Shown: positions 25,195 to 34,623 of the stretch, one piece after another
Layout of the letters: each line of letters starts with the position of its first letter
How positions within the stretch are numbered: position 1 is the stretch's first letter
Origin: Alphaproteobacteria bacterium
Lineage (GTDB): Bacteria; Pseudomonadota; Alphaproteobacteria; MPNO01
Assembly (NCBI GenBank): GCA_964291675.2
Contig: OZ219866.1
Location: 2,048,001 to 2,112,000 of the forward strand
Direction of reading: 5' to 3'
DNA length: 64,000 nt
Translations under genes and position numbers: made by a program
Notes under the pieces: model-generated
The model's database searches: none
The model's input: only the letters and a program-made list of their open reading frames with translations
Told to the model about the DNA's origin: nothing

Positions 25195-26145
25195 ATGTCC
25201 GTGGCCTTGGCCTGCTTTTCTCACAGCCCGCTCCAGCTCGGCTATCTCCCGCCCGACGACCGCGCCGCGCGCGACGGATGGCAGCTTGCGCTGGACGACC
25301 TCGCCGGCTGGGTCGGCGACTACGACCCGGAGCTGGTCGCCGTCTTCTATCCCGACCACTTCAACGCCTTCTTCTACCGGGCCATGCCGTCCTTCTGCAT
25401 CGGAACCGAAGCGCGCGGCGGCTGCGATTGGGGCACCGAACCCGGCCCCCTCGACGTCCCGGAGGCGACCGCGCTGGATTGCATCGAGGCCGTGCGGAAG
25501 GCCGGGGTCGATGTCGCGTTGTCCCGCCGGATGCTGGTCGATCACGGCGTGACGCTGCCGCTCAATTCGTTCTGCGGCGGTCTGGCGGCCCGGCCGTGCC
25601 TGCCCATCATGGTCAACGGCAACGCGCCGCCCTATCCGAGCTTCGAGCGCGTGCGCCTGTTCGGCGAGGCCGTCGGGCGCTTCCTCGCGGGGCTGGGCAA
25701 GCGGGTCCTGATCGTGGGCTCGGGCGGGCTGTCCCACGATCCGCCCAATGCCGGGCCGGCGATGTTCGCGCAAGGCTTGCCCGAACGGCTGATCGAGGGC
25801 GGAGAGGCGACCCCGGCGGACTACGAGAAGCGTCAGGCGCGGGTCGTCCAGGCCGGGCGCGACCTCGCCGCCGGGCAGCGCCCCTGCCTCCCGCCGGACC
25901 CTGCCTGGGACATGGCCTTCATGGAGTCGCTCCGCAGCGGCGAGCTCGACGCCTATGACGATGCCGACGACGACGCGCTGTCGGCCGTGGGCGGGGTCGG
26001 TGTCCACGAGGTCCGGGCCTGGACGGCCGCTTTCGCGGCGATGCGCGCGGCCGGCCCCTACGAGGCCACCGTCGACTGCTACTTCGCAATCCCCGAATGG
26101 CTGACCGGCATGGGGATCATGCGGGCGGAGACGGTGGACGCCTGA
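25195..26145 (+). CDS. LigB-fold extradiol ring-cleavage dioxygenase, MhpB-like
   Basis: SHSP, FYPDHFNAFFY, VDHG, GSGGLSHDPP, HEVRAW; RBS GGAGGAG. Confidence 0.9.
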   Translation: MSVALACFSHSPLQLGYLPPDDRAARDGWQLALDDLAGWVGDYDPELVAVFYPDHFNAFFYRAMPSFCIGTEARGGCDWGTEPGPLDVPEATALDCIEAVRKAGVDVALSRRMLVDHGVTLPLNSFCGGLAARPCLPIMVNGNAPPYPSFERVRLFGEAVGRFLAGLGKRVLIVGSGGLSHDPPNAGPAMFAQGLPERLIEGGEATPADYEKRQARVVQAGRDLAAGQRPCLPPDPAWDMAFMESLRSGELDAYDDADDDALSAVGGVGVHEVRAWTAAFAAMRAAGPYEATVDCYFAIPEWLTGMGIMRAETVDA

Positions 26146-26195
26146 GCTGCGCGCGCGGGTGCGACCGGGCACCGGGGCGCGCAGGTCGTGAGCCC

Positions 26196-26933
26196 GTGAC
26201 CGTCGCCTGGCACTGCTTTTTCCATCGGGCCGCGCCGGCCGGCGGCCTGTCCGATGCCGAGCGCGAGAAGGTGGCGGAGGCGGTCCGCGGCTCCCCCGGG
26301 CTGCGCACGGGGTACGTCCACTCGCCGTCGCCCGCGCCCCATCCCCACGCCGGCCAGGACATCGCGCCCCTGCTGGCGCTTGAGCTGGAGTTTGCGGACG
26401 TTGCGGATTGCGAAGCCGCGCTCCGGCAAGAGGGCGGGTTGCGCCGGCTTGCCGATCCCGGCTTCGTGCCGGGCCTGGCCGGAACGGCGGCGTCGCAACA
26501 GGGAATGCTCCGCCGCCTCTATGCCGTCCCCGATCCGGCCGGGGACGGGGCCGCCGGCCTCTGCTCCTACCTCGTCCACTACCCCGGCCCGGCGGAGGAC
26601 GAGCAGGCCTGGCTCGACCACTACACGACCCGGCACGCGCCGCTGATGAGCGCCTTGCCCGGGGTCCGGGCGGTCGCGGTCGACACGCCCTCTGTCGTCG
26701 TGTCGGGACTGCCGTTCCCGTTCGCCGGGGCGCTGCTTCGCAACAAGGTCGCGTTTGATTCCGCCGAGGCGCTGTCGAGCGCGCTCGCTTCGCCCGCCCG
26801 AGAGGCGCTGCGCGCGGATGCGGCGGCGTTTCCGCCCCATGCCGGCGGCAGCGTCCATGTGCCGATGGATACGCTGGTCGTGCCCGGCGGCGATTCACCC
26901 CGGTCCGCGCGACGGTCTGCGCATCGACCTTGA
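26196..26933 (+). CDS. EthD-family protein (two dimeric alpha-beta barrel domains)
   Basis: WLDHYTTRHAPLMSALPGV, FDSAEALSSALASP, ELEFADVADCEAAL; GTG start uncertain. Confidence 0.72.
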   Translation: MTVAWHCFFHRAAPAGGLSDAEREKVAEAVRGSPGLRTGYVHSPSPAPHPHAGQDIAPLLALELEFADVADCEAALRQEGGLRRLADPGFVPGLAGTAASQQGMLRRLYAVPDPAGDGAAGLCSYLVHYPGPAEDEQAWLDHYTTRHAPLMSALPGVRAVAVDTPSVVVSGLPFPFAGALLRNKVAFDSAEALSSALASPAREALRADAAAFPPHAGGSVHVPMDTLVVPGGDSPRSARRSAHRP

Positions 26934-26989
26934 CCCCTCCCGCCCCGGCCCATCTAATTCCCGACGGAAACAACGGGAGGACAGCCACC

Positions 26990-28018
26990 ATGTGGTCCAG
27001 GACGGCTCTGGCTTTGGGTTTGGTTGCCGCGTTCGCGCTGTCCGGCGCCGAGGCCGCCGAGAAGACCTTCAATCTGCGTTACGCGCACCATCTTCCGGCG
27101 AAGTTCCCGCTGCACACCAAGGGGATGGTGCCGTGGGCGAAGTCGGTCGAGGACGCGTCGGGCGGGACGATCAAGATCACCATCTTCCCGTCGCAGCAGC
27201 TTGGCAAGGCCAAGGATCAATACGACATGGCGAAGGACGGCATCGTCGATATCGCCTGGTACAACCCGGGCTTCATCCCGGGCCGATGGCCGATAATCTC
27301 GGCGATCGAGCTGCCATTGCTGGTGTCGGACAGCCGGCCCGCATCGACGGCCCTGACCGAGTGGTACCGGAAATATGCCCAGCACGAGATGAACGACGTG
27401 CACTTCTGCCTCGCGCATGCGCTGGAGCCGGGCGTCATCTCCAGCAAGCCCAGGAAAATCGTAATGCCGCAGGATCTCAAGGGCCTGAAGGTCCGGCCGA
27501 TGAACGGCACCATCGCCCGTCTGGTCAAGGATCTCGGGGGCAGCAGCGTCTACGCGCCCGGCGGAGATACGCGCGATCTCGTCGAGCGGGGCATCGCCGA
27601 CGCGGTGTTCTTCTCGTGGAACTCGATGCAGATCTGGGGCATCCACAAGCCTCTCAAGTACCATATGGATTTCCCCATCGCGTCGACCGCCTTCATCTGG
27701 GTCATGAACAAGGGGACCTACGCCAAATTCTCGCCGGCGCAGAAGAAGGTGATCGACGCGCATTGCACGCCGGAATGGGCGCGCAAGGTGACGGAGGCGT
27801 TCACCGAGTGGGAATTCCTCGGCCGCACCAAGCTGCAGAAGATGAAGGGGCACGAGGTGTACACCATCCCGCGGGAAGCCCAGGACGCATGGCACGCGGC
27901 GGCGAAGCCGATCCGCGCCCACTGGGCGGAAGGGGCGGCCAAGAAGGGTATCGACGCGAACAAGGCCTATGAGGAGCTGATCGCGGCGTTGAAGAAGCAC
28001 GACGCGCTGCTCCAGTAG
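26990..28018 (+). CDS. dctP: TRAP transporter substrate-binding protein
   Basis: ATG 26990 after GGGAGG; FPSQQLGKAKDQYDM, IPGRWP, DLKGLKVRP. Confidence 0.93.
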   Translation: MWSRTALALGLVAAFALSGAEAAEKTFNLRYAHHLPAKFPLHTKGMVPWAKSVEDASGGTIKITIFPSQQLGKAKDQYDMAKDGIVDIAWYNPGFIPGRWPIISAIELPLLVSDSRPASTALTEWYRKYAQHEMNDVHFCLAHALEPGVISSKPRKIVMPQDLKGLKVRPMNGTIARLVKDLGGSSVYAPGGDTRDLVERGIADAVFFSWNSMQIWGIHKPLKYHMDFPIASTAFIWVMNKGTYAKFSPAQKKVIDAHCTPEWARKVTEAFTEWEFLGRTKLQKMKGHEVYTIPREAQDAWHAAAKPIRAHWAEGAAKKGIDANKAYEELIAALKKHDALLQ

Positions 28019-28038
28019 CGCCGCGCCGGCCGCGGGAT

Positions 28039-28070
28039 CGGGTGGGGCGCGCGAACCCGCACCCCATCCG
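28039..28070 (+). other. GC-rich stem-loop between dctP and dctQ (possible mRNA-stabilising hairpin)
   Basis: CGGGTGGGGCGCG-6 nt-CGCACCCCATCCG; no U tract. Confidence 0.45.
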
Positions 28071-28076
28071 CTCCGC

Positions 28077-28598
28077 GTGATCGCGGGCGTTCCGGACCTG
28101 CTGCAAATGGTTCAAAAGGCGATCTCCGGCATCGAGATTCTGGCCGGGCTGTTCCTTGCCTTCGTCGCCGCGCTGACATTCGCCTCCGTCATCCTGCGCT
28201 ATCTGTTCAGCTTCCCCGTCCCCGACAGCTTCGACATCGGACGGCTGATGATCGGGGTCGTCGTCTTTTGGGGCATCGCGGTTGCCGGCTATCGCGACGA
28301 GCACATCCAGATGGACGTGCTCTGGACCCTGGTCGGGCCGCGCGGCAAGCGGCTGATCGATATCTTCGCCACCGCCTGCTCGCTCGCCGCGATGGCCGTC
28401 TTCGCGCGAATGCTGGTGCGCAAGATCGTCGTGACCTACGAGACCACGTCGCAGACCTTCGATCTGCGGCTCGACATCTGGCCGTTCTACGTCCTGGCCT
28501 GGATCGGCATCGTCGCGGCGACGGTCCTGCTGGCGGTCCGCCTGTGGCGGCTGATGCGCCCGGGCGCCGCGGCCACCGGCGCGACGACGCCCGGATAG
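28077..28598 (+). CDS. dctQ: TRAP transporter small permease
   Basis: 4 TM segments, EHIQMD; start GTG 28077 or ATG 28107. Confidence 0.85.
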   Translation: MIAGVPDLLQMVQKAISGIEILAGLFLAFVAALTFASVILRYLFSFPVPDSFDIGRLMIGVVVFWGIAVAGYRDEHIQMDVLWTLVGPRGKRLIDIFATACSLAAMAVFARMLVRKIVVTYETTSQTFDLRLDIWPFYVLAWIGIVAATVLLAVRLWRLMRPGAAATGATTPG

Positions 28599-28609
28599 CG
28601 GCGGCGCGG

Positions 28610-29911
28610 GTGGACAACGACCTCATCGCGGGGCTCGGCTTCGTCGTCCTGTTCGCGCTCATGCTGCTGCGCGTTCCCGTCGGCATCGCCATGGCGATCG
28701 TCGGCATCGGCGGCTTCGCCGGCCTGAGCGGCATCGAGCCGGCGCTGCGCCTGGTGGCGCTGTCGCCGATCCGCAACGCCACCGACTTCGCGTTCGGCCT
28801 GATCCCGCTGTTCATCCTCATGGGCGCGTTCGCCAGCGCCTCCGGGATGAGCCGCGAGCTGTTCCGCGCCGGCAACGCCTGGCTCGGGCATCGCCGCGGC
28901 GGCCTGTCGCTGGCCACGCTCTCCGCCTGCGCCGGCTTCGCGGCGATCTGCGGCTCCTCGGTCGCGACGTCGGCGACGATGGCCAGGGTCGCGCTGCCGG
29001 AGATGCGCGACTACGGCTACAGCCGCAGCATCTCCACCGGCGTGATCGCCGCGGGCGGGACGCTCGGCATTCTCATCCCGCCGTCGGTGGTGCTGGCGGT
29101 GTACGGCATCATCACCCAGCAGGATATCGGCCGCCTGTTCGTCGCCGCCTTCATTCCGGGCCTGCTGGCGGTGGCGATGTACATGACCACCGTGCAGATC
29201 ATCGCCTGGCTCAACCCCGACGCGGTGCCGGCCGGGACCCGCGCGTCCTGGCGGGAGCGGATCGCCTCGCTGCGCAACGTCTGGGCGGTGGCGCTGGTGT
29301 TCTTCTTCGTGATCGGCGGGATCTACGGCGGCGTGTTCACCCCCACCGAGGCCGCGGGCATGGGGGCGGCCGGCGCTTTCCTGATCGCCGCGATGCGGCG
29401 CAGCCTGACCCCCCGGCAGACCCTCGACTGCCTGATCGAGAGCGTCCGCACCACCGGGGCGGTATTCACCATCCTGATCGGGGCGCTGCTGTTCGGCGTC
29501 TTCCTCGCCGTTACCCAGACGCCGCAGAAGCTGACCGACCTGCTGCTCGCGCTGCCGATCGGGCCTTACGGCATCCTGCTGCTGTTGCTGCTGTTCTACC
29601 TGGTCCTCGGCTGCCTGATGGATTCCCTGGCGATGATCATCCTGACGGTGCCGATCATCTTTCCGGCGATCGTCGATCTCGGCTTCGACCCCATCTGGTT
29701 CGGCGTCGTCGTGGTCATGACGGTGGAGCTGGGGTTGATCACGCCGCCCTTCGGCCTCAACGTCTTCGTCATCCGCGGCGTTGCCAGGGACGTGAAGCTG
29801 TCGACCATCTACCGCGGCGTGGCGCCGTTCATCGTCACCGATATCCTGCGGATTCTGCTGCTGGTCATGTTCCCGTCCATCGTTCTGTTCCTGCCCGACA
29901 CGATGGGATGA
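28610..29911 (+). CDS. dctM: TRAP transporter large permease
   Basis: GTG start; GGTLGILIPPS, FTPTEAA, TPPFGLN. Confidence 0.93.
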   Translation: MDNDLIAGLGFVVLFALMLLRVPVGIAMAIVGIGGFAGLSGIEPALRLVALSPIRNATDFAFGLIPLFILMGAFASASGMSRELFRAGNAWLGHRRGGLSLATLSACAGFAAICGSSVATSATMARVALPEMRDYGYSRSISTGVIAAGGTLGILIPPSVVLAVYGIITQQDIGRLFVAAFIPGLLAVAMYMTTVQIIAWLNPDAVPAGTRASWRERIASLRNVWAVALVFFFVIGGIYGGVFTPTEAAGMGAAGAFLIAAMRRSLTPRQTLDCLIESVRTTGAVFTILIGALLFGVFLAVTQTPQKLTDLLLALPIGPYGILLLLLLFYLVLGCLMDSLAMIILTVPIIFPAIVDLGFDPIWFGVVVVMTVELGLITPPFGLNVFVIRGVARDVKLSTIYRGVAPFIVTDILRILLLVMFPSIVLFLPDTMG

Positions 29912-29975
29912 CGGCGGCGGGTTTCCCATTCCTCTGCCCGGCGCTTAGGATAGGGGGCAAGCGGGGAGCCCGGAT

Positions 29976-31286
29976 ATGACTGGCCCGATCCCGGTTGAAA
30001 GCCTGGTCGAACCCGGCCGCGTCCATCGACGCGTCTACGCCGATCCCGACATCTTCGAGATGGAGCTGGAGCGCCTATTCGGGCGCGCCTGGATCTTCGT
30101 GGCGCATGAGAGCCAGCTTCGCCGGCCGGGCGATTTCCTGCGCGCACGAATCGGGCGCGAGCCGCTGCTCGTCGTCCGGGGCGAGGACGGCGAAATCCGC
30201 GTCATGCGCAATCGGTGCCTGCATCGCGGGATGCTGGTGTGCATCGCCCGAAGCGGCAACGTCGAGCGGTTCGCATGCCCTTACCACGGCTGGGTCTATG
30301 GCCGGGACGGGCGGCTGCTGGGCGTCCCCCAGCCCGACGGATATGCCAGCCCGCGCGCCCTCGGCGGCGCCGATTCCGGGCTGGCCCCGGTGCCCAGGAC
30401 CGGCAGCTACCGCGGTTTCGTGTTCGCCAGCCTCGCCAGGGACGGTCCCGACCTGCGCAGCTTTCTCGGCCCCGCCGCGAAGGCTCTCGACAACCTCGTC
30501 GACCGCGCCCCCGAGGGCGAGATCGAGCTCGCGGGCGGCGGCTTCCGCCAGGACTACCCGGGAAACTGGAAGCTGCACATCGAGAACGCCAACGACCTGG
30601 TGCATCCGACCTTCGTCCACGATTCCTCGATCGGCGTCGGCCGCGATTTCGAGACCGGCGCGGCAGAGGACGCGGCGACGCAGCAGGCGCTGCAAATGTA
30701 CGCGGCCAACGGGATTCCGCTGTCGGCGATGTCCCAAGCGGGAACCCGCGGCTTCGCGCGCGGCCACAGCTATATCGGCGGGTTCTACGAATCCGGCATG
30801 ATCTCGGCCATGCCCGACACGCCCGAATTCAACGCCTATCGCGCGCTTCTCGCCGCCCGGCTCGGTGCCGAGCGAGCCGATGCGGTGCTCGGCTGGGACA
30901 CCTACAACCACCTGATCTATCCCAACCTCGTGCTCAACCCGCGGTTCCAGTCGATGCGCGTCGTCGAGCCCGTCGCGGTCGACCGCACGATCGCGCACAG
31001 CTTCTGCTTCCGCCTGAAGGGAGCGCCGCAATGGCTCTACGAGAGCGCGGTGCGGTTTCTCACCACGCTCAACTCTCCGGCCTCGCTGATCGCCACGGAC
31101 GATCTCGAAATCTACACCGGGTGCCAGACCGGGTTCGCCGCGGCCGAGCCCGAATGGATCGACCTGGGGCGCGAGGAGGGCCGCGACCGGCCGCTCGACG
31201 ACGGCGGCTACGCGGGGTCGGGCACCAGCGAGCTGCCGATACGGACGCAATACCGCGCCTGGCTCGACTATATGCGGTCCGGGTGA
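29976..31286 (+). CDS. Aromatic ring-hydroxylating dioxygenase alpha subunit (alpha-beta type)
   Basis: NRCLHRG...CPYHGW; NWKLHIENANDLVHPTFVH; TDDLE. Confidence 0.93.
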   Translation: MTGPIPVESLVEPGRVHRRVYADPDIFEMELERLFGRAWIFVAHESQLRRPGDFLRARIGREPLLVVRGEDGEIRVMRNRCLHRGMLVCIARSGNVERFACPYHGWVYGRDGRLLGVPQPDGYASPRALGGADSGLAPVPRTGSYRGFVFASLARDGPDLRSFLGPAAKALDNLVDRAPEGEIELAGGGFRQDYPGNWKLHIENANDLVHPTFVHDSSIGVGRDFETGAAEDAATQQALQMYAANGIPLSAMSQAGTRGFARGHSYIGGFYESGMISAMPDTPEFNAYRALLAARLGAERADAVLGWDTYNHLIYPNLVLNPRFQSMRVVEPVAVDRTIAHSFCFRLKGAPQWLYESAVRFLTTLNSPASLIATDDLEIYTGCQTGFAAAEPEWIDLGREEGRDRPLDDGGYAGSGTSELPIRTQYRAWLDYMRSG

Positions 31287-31292
31287 GCGCCG

Positions 31293-31793
31293 ATGGCCGA
31301 CGGCCCGTCACTCGACGATCTGCTGCTGCACCGCGAGATCGAGGACTTCCTGTTTCGCGAGTGCGCGACGATCGACGACGGGCGCTACGACGACTGGGTC
31401 GATTTGTTCTGCGAGGACGGAATCTACTGGGTGCCCTCGCAGCCGGATCAGTCCAGCGCCTCGGAAACCGCGTCGCTGATCCACGAGGGCGTCACCCTGC
31501 TGCGGGCGCGGGCGCGGCGGCTGCGGCACGACAAGGCATTCGCGAACATCCCGCCGGTTCGCACCCGCCATGTCGTCGGCAACGTTGCCATCCGCGAGCG
31601 GAACGGCGATGACGCCTGCCGCGTCACCGCGAACTTCGTGATGGTCGACTATCGCGCCGACGACCAGCGCGTCTTCGCCGGCGCCTACGACTACAGCCTG
31701 CGTCGCGTGGGCGGTGCGTGGCGCATTGCCGGCAAGCGCGTCGACCTGCTCAACTGCGACGCGCCGCACGGCGCCCTGCTGGCACCCTTCTGA
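31293..31793 (+). CDS. Aromatic ring-hydroxylating dioxygenase beta subunit
   Basis: EDFLFRECATID, YWVP, RTRHVVGNV, KRVDLLNCD. Confidence 0.93.
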   Translation: MADGPSLDDLLLHREIEDFLFRECATIDDGRYDDWVDLFCEDGIYWVPSQPDQSSASETASLIHEGVTLLRARARRLRHDKAFANIPPVRTRHVVGNVAIRERNGDDACRVTANFVMVDYRADDQRVFAGAYDYSLRRVGGAWRIAGKRVDLLNCDAPHGALLAPF

Positions 31794-31861
31794 AGACGCA
31801 ACGAAGCCGGGCGCCCGCGCCGACCCGTCCGCTACCCGGCCCGCCCGCGCCCGCGGCCAGC

Positions 31862-31890
31862 TTGCCGTGCTCGGCACCGTTTGTGATACT
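31862..31890 (+). promoter_or_regulatory. Putative sigma70 promoter with a short palindrome over the -35 box
   Basis: TTGCCG-N17-GATACT, about 50 nt before the next start; TGCCG-tgct-CGGCA inverted repeat. Confidence 0.4.
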
Positions 31891-31939
31891 CCGCCTTCGT
31901 TGTCGGTTCGCCTCGATCGATGAGCGCGGAGAGAGCGTC

Positions 31940-33223
31940 TTGGCACGCATAACGCGGGAACAGAACGAGCTTCTGGTGCGCACCGGCGCCGGCACGCCGA
32001 TGGGCGAGATCTTTCGCAGCTACTGGCTGCCGGCGATGCTGTCGGAGAGGCTGCCGGAGCCGGACGGCGCGCCGATCGCCGTCAAGCTTCTGGGCGAGCG
32101 GCTGGTCGCGTTTCGCGACACCGAGGGCCGCGTCGGGCTGCTCGACGAGTTCTGTCCGCACCGCCGGGTATCCCTCGTCTACGGCCGCAACGAGGAGTGC
32201 GGCCTGCGCTGCGTCTATCACGGCTGGAAGTTCGACGCGGACGGGCGGGTCGTCGACACGCCGACCGAGCTCAACCCCGATTTCGGCAAGACCATCGAGG
32301 TGACCGCCTATCCGACGCACGAGGCGGGCGGCATCGTCTGGACCTATATGGGGCGCGAGCCGGTGCCGCCGCCGTTCCCGGACTTCCTGTTCACCAGGCT
32401 GCCGGCGAGCCACGTGCTGGGCTACCACTACCGTCAGGAATGCAACTACCTGCAGGGCCTCGAAGCCGATATCGACATCTCGCACCCCTCGTTTCTGCAC
32501 AGCCCGATCGGACAGGCGCCGATCGACAGGACCCGCGAGGCGATGGGCGTCGATCCCAGGCCCAAGGGATTCACGCGGGACGCGGCGTTCGGCTTCCAGA
32601 CCGTCTGGCGCTGGAACACGCCCGATCCCGCCAAGGCGCTGTTCTGGGTCGATCCCTTCGTCGTGCCCTGCCACACCATCGTGCCGGCCGGGCGCACCAA
32701 GCTGCGCTATATCTGGCACGCCTGGGTGCCGATCGACGACGAGCACCACTGGCTCTACTACGTGCACTACGATCCCGACACGCCGGCGGACGAGGAAGAG
32801 CGGCGAACCCTCGAATACAATTTCGGCCACGACCTGATCGATCCCGGGATCGAGTACCGGTCGCGCGGCAACCTCGAGAACATGCATTTTCTCGACCGCG
32901 ACAGGCAGAAGCACGAAAACTTCTCCGGCATCCGCGGCATCGCCGCGCAGGATGTCGCGATCCTGCAAAGCATGGGGCCGATCGTCGACCGGAGCCTCGA
33001 GCAGATCGGCTCGCGCGACGTTCTGGTGATGCAGCTGCGGCACTATTTGCTCGACATGGTCCGCAAGCAGATGGCCGGCGAAGACCTGCCGGCGCTCGAC
33101 GGAACGGTCGATTTTGCGGATATCGACAGCCGAATGGTGATCGTGCCCGCCGACACCTCGGTCGATCGGGTGCTGGCGCGCCGCGAATGGACATGGGGCG
33201 AGGCCAATCTGGCGGAGGCCTAG
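31940..33223 (+). CDS. Rieske oxygenase, phthalate 4,5-dioxygenase/LigXa-type (alpha-only)
   Basis: TTG start; EQNELLVRTGAGTPMG, CPHRRVSLVYGRNEECGLRCVYHGW, EADIDISHPSFLH, AAQD. Confidence 0.9.
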   Translation: MARITREQNELLVRTGAGTPMGEIFRSYWLPAMLSERLPEPDGAPIAVKLLGERLVAFRDTEGRVGLLDEFCPHRRVSLVYGRNEECGLRCVYHGWKFDADGRVVDTPTELNPDFGKTIEVTAYPTHEAGGIVWTYMGREPVPPPFPDFLFTRLPASHVLGYHYRQECNYLQGLEADIDISHPSFLHSPIGQAPIDRTREAMGVDPRPKGFTRDAAFGFQTVWRWNTPDPAKALFWVDPFVVPCHTIVPAGRTKLRYIWHAWVPIDDEHHWLYYVHYDPDTPADEEERRTLEYNFGHDLIDPGIEYRSRGNLENMHFLDRDRQKHENFSGIRGIAAQDVAILQSMGPIVDRSLEQIGSRDVLVMQLRHYLLDMVRKQMAGEDLPALDGTVDFADIDSRMVIVPADTSVDRVLARREWTWGEANLAEA

Positions 33224-33261
33224 AGCGGCGCCAGGGGCGGGACTTACGAGGGAACGACGCG

Positions 33262-33795
33262 GTGGACGTCGAGCAGACGATCGAGGAGTTGCGCGCCAGG
33301 CTGCGGCGGCTCGAGGACGAGTCCGCCATACGCCGGTTGATGACCGACATGATGCAGAAGGCCGACGACCGGGAGCATCCGGGCTATGGCGAGCGGATGG
33401 TCGCCTTCTATACCGATGACGGGAAGTGGACCAGCGCGTCCGGCTTCGCCGATGTCGCGATGGACGAGCGGGGGCGCGCCGCGCTGAGGAAAAAGTTCTC
33501 CCAGGGCACGCGGATCCGCGAATCCAGCCACCTGCTCGGTACCGAGTCCATCGAGGTCGACGGCGATTCAGCGGGCGGCAGCTGGCTCTGCTTCGAGCCC
33601 GCGACGCTGCAAGGGCCCGGCGACAGCCGCGAAGCGGTCTGGATCATGGGCCGGTACGGCTGCGAGTTCCGCCGCGTCGACGGGGAGTGGAAGCTCCGCA
33701 CCGTGCGGTACGAGGGCATCTTCTGCACCCCCTACGACAAGGGCTGGACCGAGGAGCGCTTCGTCACCATCCATCCGTCCGCCGCCGGAGGCTGA
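33262..33795 (+). CDS. NTF2/SnoaL-like protein (BaiE/LinA/scytalone dehydratase-like)
   Basis: LRRLEDESAIRRL, FYTDDG, SSHLL, IEVDGDSA, GRYGCEFRRVDGEWK. Confidence 0.82.
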   Translation: MDVEQTIEELRARLRRLEDESAIRRLMTDMMQKADDREHPGYGERMVAFYTDDGKWTSASGFADVAMDERGRAALRKKFSQGTRIRESSHLLGTESIEVDGDSAGGSWLCFEPATLQGPGDSREAVWIMGRYGCEFRRVDGEWKLRTVRYEGIFCTPYDKGWTEERFVTIHPSAAGG

Positions 33796-33858
33796 GCGCG
33801 GCCCCTCCGGGACCGTTTCGTACCCGACGCTGAGAAGATCATGGGAGAGGGGATTGCG

Positions 33859-34623
33859 ATGAAACCGGTTTGTCTCGTCATCGGCGCCGGCGCCGGCATC
33901 GGCGGCACCGTGGGAAAGCGGTTCGCGCGGGAGGGCTACCATGCGGTGCTCTGCCGCCGCACCGACGAGGACGGGCTGAACCGGCTGGTGGAGGCGATCC
34001 GGAGCGAGGGCGGCGACGCCACGGGCTATCTGCTCAACGCGGTGCAGCCGGACAGCATCGAGGACCGCATCGCCGCGGTCGAGGCGGAGATCGGGCCCAT
34101 CGAGGTGGCGCTCTACAATCTCGGCTCGCAGGTCGGCGGCCGCAGCCTGGAGGAGACCAGCTACAAGGTCTTCGAGCTCGGCTGGCGCATGGCGACCTTC
34201 GGCCTGTTCCGCACGGCGTCCGCGCTGTGCCCGCGGATGGCCGAACGGGGCGGCGGCACCGTGCTCGTCACCTCCTCGACGGCGGCGGTGCGCGGCAACA
34301 AGGGCCAGCATTCGCACGCCGCCTCCATGGCCGGCAGGCGCATGCTGTGCCAGACGCTGAATGCGGAATTCGGACCCAGCGGAGTCCACGTCGTCCACAT
34401 CCTGGTCGACGGCGCGGTCGATGCCCCGGATACGCTGGGCAGGATTCTCGGCCCGGAGAAATTCCGCGAGCTGCGCGAGAGCCGGGGCATGGAGCATGAC
34501 GGCCTCATGCTGCCCGAGAAGATCGCCGACACCTATCTCCACCTCGCGCGCCAGCACCGCTCGACCTGGACCAACGAGCTCGACCTGCGCTCGTTCAACG
34601 ACGTGCCGTGGTGGAACAGCTAG
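33859..34623 (+). CDS. Short-chain dehydrogenase/reductase with atypical active site
   Basis: GAGAGIG; HAASM where YxxxK is expected; GVHVVHILVDG. Confidence 0.88.
   Translation: MKPVCLVIGAGAGIGGTVGKRFAREGYHAVLCRRTDEDGLNRLVEAIRSEGGDATGYLLNAVQPDSIEDRIAAVEAEIGPIEVALYNLGSQVGGRSLEETSYKVFELGWRMATFGLFRTASALCPRMAERGGGTVLVTSSTAAVRGNKGQHSHAASMAGRRMLCQTLNAEFGPSGVHVVHILVDGAVDAPDTLGRILGPEKFRELRESRGMEHDGLMLPEKIADTYLHLARQHRSTWTNELDLRSFNDVPWWNS

Noticed and set aside
26207-26224. TGGCAC as a sigma54 -24 box (also at 31941)
   Set aside because: No TTGC at the -12 position, and both lie inside coding sequence
23851-27072. Apparent 1073-aa amidohydrolase fusion (also long versions of 3972..6101, 5165..7825, 5216..7723, 42209..44320)
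   Set aside because: The N-terminal extensions overlap other real genes; internal starts with RBS give normal-sized proteins
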